Assembly: GCA_018695135.1 (NCBI GenBank)
Contig: JABHOV010000051.1
Span: 1 to 60,959, forward strand
From: Candidatus Melainabacteria bacterium
Lineage (GTDB): Bacteria > Cyanobacteriota > Vampirovibrionia > LMEP-6097
Direction: 5' to 3'
Length of the DNA stretch: 60,959 bases
Shown here piece by piece: positions 16,091 through 25,749 of this stretch; positions within the stretch are counted from its first letter, which is position 1, and the number at the start of each line of letters is the position of its first letter. The position numbers and the translations under genes are program-made. The notes below the pieces were generated by a model, which worked only from the letters and a program-made list of their open reading frames with translations, was not told the DNA's origin and ran no database searches.

Positions 16091-18301
16091 ATGCGAGCGA
16101 CAGAGCAAGTTAAACTGAATATTATTTGCCCTCAAGACATTGGTGGCAAGAAAGCAGAGCTTTTAAATCATATTGGGGAATTATTTAGTTTGAAAGCCGC
16201 TCAAGTCTCTGAGAAGCTTGATATCAGTGTTCACCAAGTTGCTGAAACGGATCTTGTGGCTCAGGCTAAGTCTTTAGAAAATACTCGTAGTCGTAATGAA
16301 ATTACTCTGTTGTTTATGCCTGAAAATAAAACTAAGTCACGGCAGGCTGGGTTCGAGCAAGCAAAATCGGCTCATCAGCTTAATGATTTAGTAGGGCACT
16401 ACCGCACGAAGAGACCAGGTCATTCTCTTTATACTGTTTTACTTTCTGATCAATCAAAAAATGCTTTTGGAGATATTAGCTCAAATCACAATCTTGTAAA
16501 TAGCTTGATGACAAGATCTACAAAGGGGAAACTTCGTTTGCGAGATGATAAGTATGAAGCTTTAGCAAGAGTGAATTTAGATGATTTAGAAACGAAGCAA
16601 GACCAGCAAGACTTGGTTAGCAAAGTTTTGCGCAAAGTTTTTTATGATTCGAGAAACGCCATCTCTAAAACGAAGTTAAAGGAAAAGTCAGTTGCAAAAT
16701 TTCATGATATTGCAGATGCTGCACAAGTGCGTTTGCGCAAAAACACGCTGCCTGACTTGCATAAGTTGTTTAAGGTCTATAACAAGCTTACCGGTGAGAA
16801 GGTGCTTGCAGATGAATTACTAGAACTGCGCAGATGTGGCATTAATGCAAAGACGCATTATAAAGGTTACCTTAATGAGCTAGATTTAGTTTCAATCCGT
16901 CTTTGGACTGAGCAGCAAAAAGAACCGATTGCGACTGACGCTTTATTGAATAAATTTGTAGAGATTACTAAGAGAGTTCCTAAAGCTAAACAGTTAGCTC
17001 AAGTTGTATATCGACTTGAGCTTGATTTGGCTGATGATGGTTTTGGGCTTAAGACCTTGGCTGCAGAGATGAAAGCAAATGAATCAGCAGATGATGCACA
17101 AATGAGGCAAGCAAAAAAAGCACTTTGGGCTCCAATAAAAGAAATTGGATTAAAGGCAAAAGAGCTTGCTGGTTTTACAGCTCCCAATGCTGTTGATTAT
17201 TACAATGCTTGTATAGAGCTTGGGCATGGTCCTGTGCTTCTAGATGAAATTAAAGTCTTTGCTCGTGAGTCTGGGATTGGTTTTGCTGGTGCTACCACTA
17301 AGGTATTAACGGGCGTGGAGAAAACTCTTTTAGAAGAATGGCTTGCCGCACAAATTAAAGAATACGGCAGTATTACTGCAAACGAATTTCTATCGATTTA
17401 TATGGCTGTGATTGATCACAAGGCTGTCTTGAGCCGGAATAGTCTTGATAAATTGGTTGAGGCTAATGAGCTTAGTTTGGCTCGTCGTGAAGAGCAAAAT
17501 CTGATTGTTGATAGACCAGCTATTGCCACGGCAGTTGTAAAAAAACCTAAGTATGAAATTCAAATAGATGAGTTTAAATCCAAGTTCGAAGAATTAGTAA
17601 AGAGCCAGCCCAAGCACATAGCCCTGTTCAATGCTTTTGTGGATGTTTATAAATATATTCCAGCTGATACTGTGGGTGCACTTACACTGCAATCTCGTTC
17701 TATTCAAGCGATTGAGAACGATGCAAGTTTTGCCAAGGAAGAGATTATGAGCACTAATGATTTGACACCTTCTGTTCTAGCAAGAATTAATGCTTGGGCT
17801 GCAGCTCAAATTAGTGCTGGTAAGAGATTGAGTAATCGAGAATTGGCACATATGGCATTCCATGTACTTGAGAAGTTGCCCTCAAGGACTACTGTCAATG
17901 AGATTGTACAGAAATGCCCAGAGAACGTAGCTCCTTATGATCAGGATAAAGCTATCGTTGATTTGGTTGATGAGCCCGAATTGTCTAAGACTGATTCGCA
18001 AGTTAACCTTCGTTCTTTGCTCAAGGACTTAGATTCTGAAGAGATGGATCGTGATCAAGCTTTGACTTGGGTCGCTGAGTATTTAAGAATCAATCGCGCG
18101 ACTACAGAAGTTGATGAAGGTATCACTTCTCTGCAATTTGATGATTTTTGTAATGATCGCTGGTCACCTGGTACAGATGCTCAAAGACTCGGTTTAGCTT
18201 TGTTTGCTTTATATCAAGAACCATCAAACAGGTATGGATCTTTACTAAGAACAGAGCATAATTGGGATCATTTTGTTGCTCGATTGGGTTCTTCGCTATA
18301 A
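16091..18301 (+). CDS. Large hypothetical protein (736 aa), no recognisable domain
   Basis: Long uninterrupted ORF. Start moved to MRATEQ (16091), because the upstream part of the ORF is inverted-repeat sequence. Confidence 0.6.
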   Translation: MRATEQVKLNIICPQDIGGKKAELLNHIGELFSLKAAQVSEKLDISVHQVAETDLVAQAKSLENTRSRNEITLLFMPENKTKSRQAGFEQAKSAHQLNDLVGHYRTKRPGHSLYTVLLSDQSKNAFGDISSNHNLVNSLMTRSTKGKLRLRDDKYEALARVNLDDLETKQDQQDLVSKVLRKVFYDSRNAISKTKLKEKSVAKFHDIADAAQVRLRKNTLPDLHKLFKVYNKLTGEKVLADELLELRRCGINAKTHYKGYLNELDLVSIRLWTEQQKEPIATDALLNKFVEITKRVPKAKQLAQVVYRLELDLADDGFGLKTLAAEMKANESADDAQMRQAKKALWAPIKEIGLKAKELAGFTAPNAVDYYNACIELGHGPVLLDEIKVFARESGIGFAGATTKVLTGVEKTLLEEWLAAQIKEYGSITANEFLSIYMAVIDHKAVLSRNSLDKLVEANELSLARREEQNLIVDRPAIATAVVKKPKYEIQIDEFKSKFEELVKSQPKHIALFNAFVDVYKYIPADTVGALTLQSRSIQAIENDASFAKEEIMSTNDLTPSVLARINAWAAAQISAGKRLSNRELAHMAFHVLEKLPSRTTVNEIVQKCPENVAPYDQDKAIVDLVDEPELSKTDSQVNLRSLLKDLDSEEMDRDQALTWVAEYLRINRATTEVDEGITSLQFDDFCNDRWSPGTDAQRLGLALFALYQEPSNRYGSLLRTEHNWDHFVARLGSSL

Positions 18302-18302
18302 T
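18295..18302 (+). promoter_or_regulatory. GCTATAAT -10 box 7 nt upstream of the smpB ATG
   Basis: CGCTATAATAGCCCTGATG. The box overlaps the stop of the preceding ORF. Confidence 0.4.
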
Positions 18303-18309
18303 AGCCCTG

Positions 18310-18813
18310 ATGGGTCGAGCCAAAAAACAAATTGCCAAGAAAAAAAAGAAAGCAGAAACTAAATCTGGTTCGGCTACTGTCGCGCGCAATAAACGTGCTG
18401 GTTTTGATTTTCATCTTGGTAAAGACATTATTGCCGGTATCGTGTTGACTGGTGCTGAAGTTAAATCTGTGCGGCTTGGCAATATACAAATGCGCGGCGC
18501 TTATGCCAAGGTCATTGATGGAGAGGTTTGGCTATTCAATTGTCACATCTCTGAATATAAATATGCTCATGGCGCCAAGCAGGATCCAGACAGAGTACGT
18601 AAGCTACTACTCAAGCGTTATGAAATAGCACGTATTGAAATGGAGCTTGCCAAAACTAATCAAACTTTGATCGCCAGTAAAATATTTTTTAAGGGTAATT
18701 ATGCCAAAGCACTCTTGCATCTTGGAGAAGGTAAAAAACACGCTGATAAGCGTGCGACTTTGAAGAAGCGTCAACAGGATTTGGATATTAATAGGGCCTT
18801 GAAGGATTACTAA
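18310..18813 (+). CDS. smpB: SsrA-binding protein
   Basis: ARNKRAGFDFHL...GIVLTGAEVKSVR...DPDRVRKLLL are typical SmpB strings. Start chosen at MGRAKKQ. Confidence 0.9.
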   Translation: MGRAKKQIAKKKKKAETKSGSATVARNKRAGFDFHLGKDIIAGIVLTGAEVKSVRLGNIQMRGAYAKVIDGEVWLFNCHISEYKYAHGAKQDPDRVRKLLLKRYEIARIEMELAKTNQTLIASKIFFKGNYAKALLHLGEGKKHADKRATLKKRQQDLDINRALKDY

Positions 18814-18819
18814 TCCCCC

Positions 18820-18870
18820 GATCTTTTTTGTGTCGACATCACTAGCAAAACGGGGTTTTGCAGGATGTCT
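18820..18870 (-). mobile_element. Truncated family A element (left half)
   Basis: The reverse complement reads AGACATCCTGCAAAACCCCGTTTTGCTAGTGATGTCGACACAAAAAAGATC, identical in layout to 6707-6757. Confidence 0.55.
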
Positions 18871-19647
18871 AATGCTAAAATAAAAACCATGACTGAAGCA
18901 GTACTAGAGCAAGTAAATATGAACAAACAACTTAAGGACAAAGTAGCAATTATCACTGGTGGAACAAGAGGGATTGGCAAAGCCATCGCTGAATTGTTTG
19001 CCGAACAAGGTGCTCAAGTGATTATCACCGGTAGGTCTCCCGAATCACAAGTAGCCGCCCAGATTGGTGACAATGTTAAATACATCGGCTGTGATATTGG
19101 CGATAAGCTAGCTTGCGAGAATCTCATCAAGTCGGTTCTTGAAGAATTTGGCAAGATTGATGTATTGATTAATAACGCTGGTATCACTCAAGACAACTTA
19201 TTTGTGCGCATGAAAGAAGAAGAATGGACAAGTGTGATGGACGTCAACCTCAATTCTTTGTTCTATCTATGTCAGCCAGTTATTAAAGCAATGTCTAAAC
19301 AAAGATCAGGAGCGATTATTAATATGAGTAGCGTGGTTGGTTTACACGGTAATCCAGCTCAAGTGAATTACTCGACAAGCAAAGCCGGTTTGATTGGTTT
19401 TACAAAGTCACTTGCTAAGGAATACGGACGTCGCGGAATCAGAGTAAACGCGATAGCGCCAGGCTTCATTCAGACTGATATGATTGGTCATGTTGCTGAA
19501 GAAACACAAAATAAATATAAAGAAAACATCCCACTTGGTGGCTTTGGATCTGGTAAAGATATAGCAGAAACGGCGTTATTCCTTGCTGGCAGTGCTAATT
19601 ACATCACCGGTCAAGTAATACAGGTTGATGGTGGCTTGTTTATGTAG
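18865..19647 (+). CDS. fabG: 3-oxoacyl-ACP reductase
   Basis: [18 protein letters not shown] and YSTSKAG motifs. The first ATG lies inside the repeat fragment, so the true start is more likely 18889 or 18919 ([15 protein letters not shown]). Confidence 0.9.
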   Translation: MSNAKIKTMTEAVLEQVNMNKQLKDKVAIITGGTRGIGKAIAELFAEQGAQVIITGRSPESQVAAQIGDNVKYIGCDIGDKLACENLIKSVLEEFGKIDVLINNAGITQDNLFVRMKEEEWTSVMDVNLNSLFYLCQPVIKAMSKQRSGAIINMSSVVGLHGNPAQVNYSTSKAGLIGFTKSLAKEYGRRGIRVNAIAPGFIQTDMIGHVAEETQNKYKENIPLGGFGSGKDIAETALFLAGSANYITGQVIQVDGGLFM

Positions 19648-19708
19648 TATTCTTGAATCCCTAGAGGGACAAAGTACACAGTACAAGGGTTTTAAAGGAC
19701 AAAAGGAT

Positions 19709-19966
19709 ATGACAACAGCTATGGATCGTGCAGAAATAATAACTAGAATTACTAAAGTTGTGGCAGCGCAATTAAGTGTAGGAGAGGATGAAGTAAAAGA
19801 AACTTCAAGCTTTACTACTGACTTGGGTGCTGACTCACTGGACACAGTTGAATTGGTTATGGCTCTTGAAGATGAGTTCAGTGTAGAGATACCTGATGAC
19901 GAAGCTGAGAAGATTACTACAGTGGGCGCAGCAGTTGACTTTGTAGAACAAAAATCTAAGGCTTAG
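19709..19966 (+). CDS. acpP: Acyl carrier protein
   Basis: 85 aa with [20 protein letters not shown] (phosphopantetheine attachment Ser). Start chosen at [10 protein letters not shown]. Confidence 0.9.
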   Translation: MTTAMDRAEIITRITKVVAAQLSVGEDEVKETSSFTTDLGADSLDTVELVMALEDEFSVEIPDDEAEKITTVGAAVDFVEQKSKA

Positions 19967-19972
19967 TAGCCA

Positions 19973-21268
19973 TTGCTTACCAAACTTAACAGAACTAAAT
20001 CGCAAAAACTTTTTGCGGATGCAACGCAGTTGATGCCAGGAGGTGTCAACTCGCCAGTAAGAGCGTTTAAGTCAATTGACTCTTCGCCAATATTTTTTAA
20101 AAAAGCCAAGGGTGCTTACCTTTGGGATGAAGATGATAATCAATATATTGATTTCGTTGGTTCTTGGGGGCCGATGATTCTTGGTCATGCGGATCCTAGT
20201 ATTGAAGCGGCTTTACAAGCGGCTATCGTTAATGGAACTAGCTTTGGGGCACCGACGCGCCTAGAGAATGAAATGGCCGCTGAAGTTATTAAGCTGGTGC
20301 CGTCTATTGAGATGGTGCGCATGGTCAATTCTGGAACCGAGGCGGTGATGTCGGCAATTCGTTTGGCTCGCGCTTATACAACTAGAGAGAATCCTGAACA
20401 AACTAAAATCCTTAAGTTCAAGGGCTGTTACCACGGGCACGCTGACGCGCTCTTAGTGCAAGCAGGTTCAGGCGTCGCTACTCTTGGTTTGCCAGATAGC
20501 CCTGGAGTAACTAAAAACGCTACTCAGGATACTATCCTTGCTGATTACAATAGCCCAGAAGCTGTTACAGAGATTTTTGAAAAATATAAGGGGCAGATTT
20601 CCGCTGTGATTTTGGAGCCGGTAATGGGCAATGCTGGTTGTATCCTACCAAAGCCTGGTTACTTAGAATTTTTGCGAGAGATTACTACAGCGAATAATAC
20701 ATTATTGATTTTTGATGAGGTGATGACCGGATTTCGCGTAGCACTTGGCGGCGCGCAACAGAGATTTAATGTGATGCCTGATTTGACTACTCTTGGCAAA
20801 GTCATTGGTGGTGGTCTTCCTGTCGGCGCTTATGGTGGTCGCCGTGAAATCATGGAGATGGTTGCTCCTGCCGGACCAATGTACCAAGCCGGAACCCTTT
20901 CTGGTAACCCACTTGCGATGTCAGCGGGCTTAGCTTGTTTGAAGAAAATACAAGAACCTGGATTTTACGATGAGCTTGAGAAAAAATCTCAATATCTGAT
21001 TGATGGAATGACCCGGGTGATTGACGCACCTTTGCAGACTACTGTCTGTGGTGGAATGTTTGGTTTTGCTTTTAGTTCATCGCCAATTTATAATTATGCT
21101 GATACTAAGACCGTTGATTCTGATAGTTTCAAAAAGTTTTATTTATCAATGCTTGAGCAAGGTGTTTACTTTGCGCCATCGGCCTTTGAAGCGGGCTTTG
21201 TTTCTGGAGCTCATAGTTATGAGGATTTGGATAGGGTGATTGAGGCTTGCCGCTTGACTAATCTGTGA
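19973..21268 (+). CDS. hemL: Glutamate-1-semialdehyde 2,1-aminomutase
   Basis: [13 protein letters not shown]. Class III aminotransferase with the GKVIGGGLP lysine region. 431 aa. Confidence 0.93.
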   Translation: MLTKLNRTKSQKLFADATQLMPGGVNSPVRAFKSIDSSPIFFKKAKGAYLWDEDDNQYIDFVGSWGPMILGHADPSIEAALQAAIVNGTSFGAPTRLENEMAAEVIKLVPSIEMVRMVNSGTEAVMSAIRLARAYTTRENPEQTKILKFKGCYHGHADALLVQAGSGVATLGLPDSPGVTKNATQDTILADYNSPEAVTEIFEKYKGQISAVILEPVMGNAGCILPKPGYLEFLREITTANNTLLIFDEVMTGFRVALGGAQQRFNVMPDLTTLGKVIGGGLPVGAYGGRREIMEMVAPAGPMYQAGTLSGNPLAMSAGLACLKKIQEPGFYDELEKKSQYLIDGMTRVIDAPLQTTVCGGMFGFAFSSSPIYNYADTKTVDSDSFKKFYLSMLEQGVYFAPSAFEAGFVSGAHSYEDLDRVIEACRLTNL

Positions 21269-22110
21269 CTAAGAATTGTATTTATCTAAAAACAAATTCA
21301 AAAGACTTTAGTGAGAGTTTAAGATCAGTAGTTTTTGATTATTCGGTTAATAATCCAGAAATCAATTTTGATTCGATTGCAGAGCTGCAACTTGAGCATA
21401 ACAAATTTGGTAATAATATTTTTATTGGAGATGTTCATGAAGATGAGGCTTTTGTGTCTTTGGTTGCACCGCAGCGAGTGGGTATGTATTCTGCTTTGCC
21501 CTATTTGAATTATTTGATTATGCAAAAGTCTCCTGGTACAAATTTACTGGCTAGGACTGGTTTTGAATTGCCTCAATGGTTTTTTAGAAGTACTTGTACA
21601 GATATTGCGCTTTCTACTTTTGCTCGTGATTATTATTTCAAAATCAAACTCAAAGATAGGGATTTTGGTGAAGAAATGGAGCTTTGGTATGAGATGGTGA
21701 GAATCAAGGATGATTTTGGCAAAATGCTGAGGATGCTAGTTTATTATTCTGTGTTTCCTGTAGCCTTGCTTGCACTGCTGACTGATTTTGCTATTTTGCC
21801 TGTTCTTAATACCATGATGCCAGTTGAAATCAAAACAGTTTATATTTTTGCTTTTATTATATTTTTTCCGGTACCCTATAGTGTGAGATCTCACCATAAG
21901 TTTGCTCTTTTGATCAATGCTGGAATAATTGCTTCGTCATATCTTATTACTATAATCCCAGATCGTTATTTGTTGCCAGATAGTGGCTTAGTCTTGATGA
22001 TTTTAGGTCTGTTTTTTCTAATGTTTTTTGCGATGAATTTTTATACTATATCCAAGATGCCACTAGTGATTGAGGGGATATTTGTGAAGGCCATCAGAGG
22101 TCTAAAATAA
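21265..22110 (+). CDS. Hypothetical integral membrane protein
   Basis: 281-aa ORF overlapping the hemL stop (GTGA). The C-terminal half has several hydrophobic segments. Confidence 0.5.
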   Translation: MTKNCIYLKTNSKDFSESLRSVVFDYSVNNPEINFDSIAELQLEHNKFGNNIFIGDVHEDEAFVSLVAPQRVGMYSALPYLNYLIMQKSPGTNLLARTGFELPQWFFRSTCTDIALSTFARDYYFKIKLKDRDFGEEMELWYEMVRIKDDFGKMLRMLVYYSVFPVALLALLTDFAILPVLNTMMPVEIKTVYIFAFIIFFPVPYSVRSHHKFALLINAGIIASSYLITIIPDRYLLPDSGLVLMILGLFFLMFFAMNFYTISKMPLVIEGIFVKAIRGLK

Positions 22111-22118
22111 GCTATAAT
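22111..22118 (+). promoter_or_regulatory. GCTATAAT -10 box 10 nt upstream of the lemA ATG
   Basis: GCTATAATTAAATTTATAATG, with no SD. Confidence 0.35.
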
Positions 22119-22128
22119 TAAATTTATA

Positions 22129-22701
22129 ATGAAAAAAATCGCTATTGTCATTGGTATCATTGTTGTTTTGTTTGCTGCTTTAGCAAGCCCTTACAACAAT
22201 CTTGTTTCAAAACGAGAGACTGTTGAAGCGCAGTGGGCACAAGTAGAGAATGTTTACCAAAGACGTGCTGATTTGATTCCTAATTTGGTGAGCACTGTTA
22301 AGGGTTATGCTAGTCATGAAAAATCTACACTTGAAGCTGTGATTCAAGCGAGAAGCAATTTAACCAAGGTTGATTTTGGCAATATGAGTCAAGAACAGCT
22401 GGCAAGCTTTCAGTCTAGCCAAGGTGCTTTGTCTGGTGCTCTTTCACGCTTGATGTTGGTAATGGAAAGATATCCAGACCTTAAAGCCAACCAAAACTTT
22501 TTGGAGCTTCAGTCACAACTTGAGGGAACCGAGAATAGGATTGCTTTTGAGCGTAAGGGCTTTAACGATGCTGCTAGATCTTACAATACGGACTTGCAGA
22601 CCTTCCCTAACAATTTATTTGCTAAGCTCTTTGGTTTTGCTAAGAAACCATACTTCGAGGCTGAAGAAGGCAGCAAGACTGCTCCAAAGGTAGAGTTTTA
22701 A
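22129..22701 (+). CDS. lemA: LemA family protein
   Basis: N-terminal TM segment, then YNNLVSKRETVEAQWAQVENVYQRRADLIPNLV..GYASHE, characteristic of LemA. Confidence 0.85.
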   Translation: MKKIAIVIGIIVVLFAALASPYNNLVSKRETVEAQWAQVENVYQRRADLIPNLVSTVKGYASHEKSTLEAVIQARSNLTKVDFGNMSQEQLASFQSSQGALSGALSRLMLVMERYPDLKANQNFLELQSQLEGTENRIAFERKGFNDAARSYNTDLQTFPNNLFAKLFGFAKKPYFEAEEGSKTAPKVEF

Positions 22702-23148
22702 GTGACTAGCCCGCAAGAATTCTTTTCGCCGGATCAAGTCAAAGCTATCACTGATGCAGTTGCAGCAGCAGAGAAAAACACATCTGGTGAGATCTGTGTT
22801 CATGTAGACCAGAGCTGTAGTGGCGACCCTGTAGAGAAAGCCAAGCAAGTCTTTAAGGCAAGAGCATTGCACAAGACCAAGTTTAGAAACGCAGTTCTAT
22901 TTTATATCGCGCTCGATGATCACAAATTTGCAATTTGGGGTGACAAGGGTATCAACGACAAGGTTGCTGATGATTTTTGGGATAATGAAGCAGCTTTGCT
23001 TTTGCAGCATTTTAAGCAGGGACAGTATGCAAGTGGTTTGATCGAAGTTATTAATTTGGCTGGCGAGAAATTGCAGGAATACTTTCCTTATGAACAAAAG
23101 GGTTCTCTAAATGAAATAGAGAATGAGATTAGTTTTGGAAGGGACTGA
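22702..23148 (+). CDS. TPM-domain protein (DUF477-like)
   Basis: FFSPDQVKAITDAVAAAEKNTSGEICVHV is typical of small TPM proteins that follow lemA. Confidence 0.7.
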   Translation: MTSPQEFFSPDQVKAITDAVAAAEKNTSGEICVHVDQSCSGDPVEKAKQVFKARALHKTKFRNAVLFYIALDDHKFAIWGDKGINDKVADDFWDNEAALLLQHFKQGQYASGLIEVINLAGEKLQEYFPYEQKGSLNEIENEISFGRD

Positions 23149-24037
23149 AATACGACGTGGACCATATTGGGTTATTCTGGTATTGGTTTATATAGCATTT
23201 GGTTTTATTTTGTTTGATGGTGGTGCGCTTATGAATTACAAAGTTGTTGACTATGCTCACCGAATAGTAAATCCGCATCCTTTCTTTTATAATGACACGG
23301 ATATTTTCCAGTCTTTTACTAGTCCTGTAGGGGATGTTCATCTTGCACGCAAGTTGAATAAATTCAATAATCTTGGATTTGGCACTATGGCTATGGTTGT
23401 TACGGAGAAGGACTTTTATGATAGTGAGAATCAAAAATTAATTTATAAGAAGCTTGGGATTAGCGCTCATGACAAAAAATTGATTGTCTTTGTCGTTGAT
23501 AAGATCAAAGCCGTTGATGAAATGGATATGACTATTGTTATTGGTAGCAACTTGCAGAAGATTATTGATTATGACAAGGAGAAATATATTCTCCATAGTT
23601 TATTGCGCGATTCGATTATGCAAGATGGCAATAGTTTCAAGGCTTTTAATCAAGCTATTAATTATACTGTCACCCAGCTTGCTGGTCAGGAGCTTGCCAA
23701 GAGTTTTGTTGCGATGAATATAAATGAAGAAAACTCTAGGTCTAATGTCAAGCTTTTTCCAGGTTATGAAACAAGAAGTCTCATTAATTTGGGAACGATC
23801 TTTTGTCTCTTTATGATTATATTTGCAAGAATGGCTTTTGCTTTTATTAGTAATGGTGGCGTATTGTTTAAGTCTCACGCCAAGTCTAAACAAAGTCCTT
23901 ACCAAAAATTTTATTCTGAAAACTTCAACTCACTCAAGGTAATCTGGTGGTTCTTGATGGGAACTCGTTTGCTTGGAGGTTTTGCTGGCAAAGGTGGCGG
24001 AGCTTCTGGTGGTGGCGGTGCAGGAGGTAAGTGGTGA
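23123..24037 (+). CDS. Membrane protein with Gly-rich C-terminal tail (YgcG/TPM-like)
   Basis: TM segments and a GGFAGKGGGASGGGGAGGKW tail, as in YgcG-type TPM proteins. The N-terminal domain is divergent. Confidence 0.5.
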   Translation: MRLVLEGTEIRRGPYWVILVLVYIAFGFILFDGGALMNYKVVDYAHRIVNPHPFFYNDTDIFQSFTSPVGDVHLARKLNKFNNLGFGTMAMVVTEKDFYDSENQKLIYKKLGISAHDKKLIVFVVDKIKAVDEMDMTIVIGSNLQKIIDYDKEKYILHSLLRDSIMQDGNSFKAFNQAINYTVTQLAGQELAKSFVAMNINEENSRSNVKLFPGYETRSLINLGTIFCLFMIIFARMAFAFISNGGVLFKSHAKSKQSPYQKFYSENFNSLKVIWWFLMGTRLLGGFAGKGGGASGGGGAGGKW

Positions 24038-24816
24038 AAAAGAGTTTATTAGTTTTATTGTTTGTATTTATTGTTCAGGGGCTGAGTGCTGAAACTCCTG
24101 AATTCATTAAGGCATTTAATCATTCTTCTTATGTCAACAACTTCTCTATTGAGTTTCCTCGCTTCATCTCTGAACAAGAAAGAGCTTATTTACATGCCAA
24201 GATCGCTTCACTGATAGCTACTGGCAACGGTGAAATGGCAATAGCAATTGTTGATGACTTTTATGGGCTAGAAGCCAATGAGTTTTCAACTGCCTTGTTT
24301 AATCATTGGCAAATCGGTCAAGCCGGCAGAGACAATGGAGTTTTGATTACTATCAAGCCGACGCAGTCTGGCCCAGGAAGGCAAATCTATATTTCAACTG
24401 GCTATGGAGCTGAGTCTCTAGTCACGGATGCTTTGGCTAAACGGATTATAGAGCTGGAAATTAAGCCTGCTTTTATTCAAGGCAATATTTTTGAAGGACT
24501 TAATTTGGCTACTGATTCTATTATTCTGCTTTTGAATGATGGTGTTCCATTAGAACCAAGTGTTGAGAAACCCCGAATCAGTAGTAAGCAAAGTAGCTTA
24601 AAGGATTATGGGATTCTTTTATTAATAATGCTGTGGGTATTTATGTTCATGTTTAGACTTGGCTCAGGACGTCATAGCACTAGAAATTTGCTTTTGGGTT
24701 CCCTGTTACTTGGTTCTGGTCGCAGTTCATCTTCAGGCTTTGGCGGTGGCGGCTTCGGTGGTGGTGGTTTCGGTGGTGGCTTTGGTGGCGGCGGCGGAGC
24801 TGGTGGGTCTTGGTAA
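24031..24816 (+). CDS. TPM-domain membrane protein (YgcG-like)
   Basis: Signal peptide, TPM-like core (GNGEMAIAIVDD..., GVLITIKP...IYISTGYG), TM segment and a GFGGGGFGGGG tail. Confidence 0.7.
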   Translation: MVKKSLLVLLFVFIVQGLSAETPEFIKAFNHSSYVNNFSIEFPRFISEQERAYLHAKIASLIATGNGEMAIAIVDDFYGLEANEFSTALFNHWQIGQAGRDNGVLITIKPTQSGPGRQIYISTGYGAESLVTDALAKRIIELEIKPAFIQGNIFEGLNLATDSIILLLNDGVPLEPSVEKPRISSKQSSLKDYGILLLIMLWVFMFMFRLGSGRHSTRNLLLGSLLLGSGRSSSSGFGGGGFGGGGFGGGFGGGGGAGGSW

Positions 24817-24827
24817 AGCTCGAGGCT

Positions 24828-25619
24828 TTATCCTTGCACCTTCTCAAGTCTTTTGTACATTGCTGGATGAGTAGCAAGTTTTTCTGAGAGCCAAGTCCAG
24901 AAGCCGCCGTTATCACGAGCACTTTGGATCATATCGTTTATATTCAAATTTCCAAATAGTTTTTTGCCTAAGCAAAGAACGGACAAGCCTTGTCTTGCAG
25001 CCTCCTGCCCAACCAGAGCGGTAGCAATTTTGTCGCAAGTATATTCACAAGCTCTATAATAGGCTTGATTGATAAAAGGGATAAATAAAATCATCGGCAT
25101 TAAGAGATATCTTTTGTCAATGTGATTACGTTTGATATGAGCTAGCTCGTGAGCTATTACAAATTCAATTGCTCCTTCCCCTTTATTGAAAGCGAGATCT
25201 AGTATGTCAGAATACAGTACTACAAAGGATTTTGAGCCAAGAAAGAATTTTGTTGCAAAGGCGTTTAATAGTCCACCACTTTCTATGATGTAAATCTCAG
25301 GGATTTTTTTAAGTCCCATTTGAGCTGAGAGTTTTTCTGCAGATTTAAGCACACCTGGCATTTGATTCTCTGTAACTTTGACACCATGGTTTTTGATACC
25401 GCCAATAAATATGCCTTGTGAAAAGATGATTATGCTGCTGAGTGTGATGAAATAAAAGACCAATACTGGTAATATTTTTGCAACTTGAGGATTTAGTGCA
25501 GCTGTTGTAAACAGAAGTCCGACCAACGCAAAGAACAAGAGGTTTGCGATTGCAAGAATTAAGAAATATAATTTCTCTTTGCCGGTAACTAATTTGCCAA
25601 TATCTATATTTTCAGTCAT
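24828..25619 (-). CDS. M48-family zinc metallopeptidase (membrane)
   Basis: N-terminal TM segments and an HELAH motif (IAHELAHIKRNH). Confidence 0.75.
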   Translation of the reverse strand: MTENIDIGKLVTGKEKLYFLILAIANLLFFALVGLLFTTAALNPQVAKILPVLVFYFITLSSIIIFSQGIFIGGIKNHGVKVTENQMPGVLKSAEKLSAQMGLKKIPEIYIIESGGLLNAFATKFFLGSKSFVVLYSDILDLAFNKGEGAIEFVIAHELAHIKRNHIDKRYLLMPMILFIPFINQAYYRACEYTCDKIATALVGQEAARQGLSVLCLGKKLFGNLNINDMIQSARDNGGFWTWLSEKLATHPAMYKRLEKVQG

Positions 25620-25749
25620 AGATTAGTTGTTTCCCTTGTGCTGATTCGACTTAACAGTTTTGCTTAAATATGGGTTGTTTATTTGAGTCTTAGGCTGTCC
25701 ATAAGCCTTTCATAACCTAAGTTTGTTATTCATAAGGCAAGGGAGATAT

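Noticed and set aside
24725-24813. GGTGGC/GGCGGT microsatellite-like tract
   Set aside because: It is in frame and encodes the Gly-rich tail (GFGGGGFGGGG...) typical of YgcG/TPM proteins. A similar tail ends the preceding gene.
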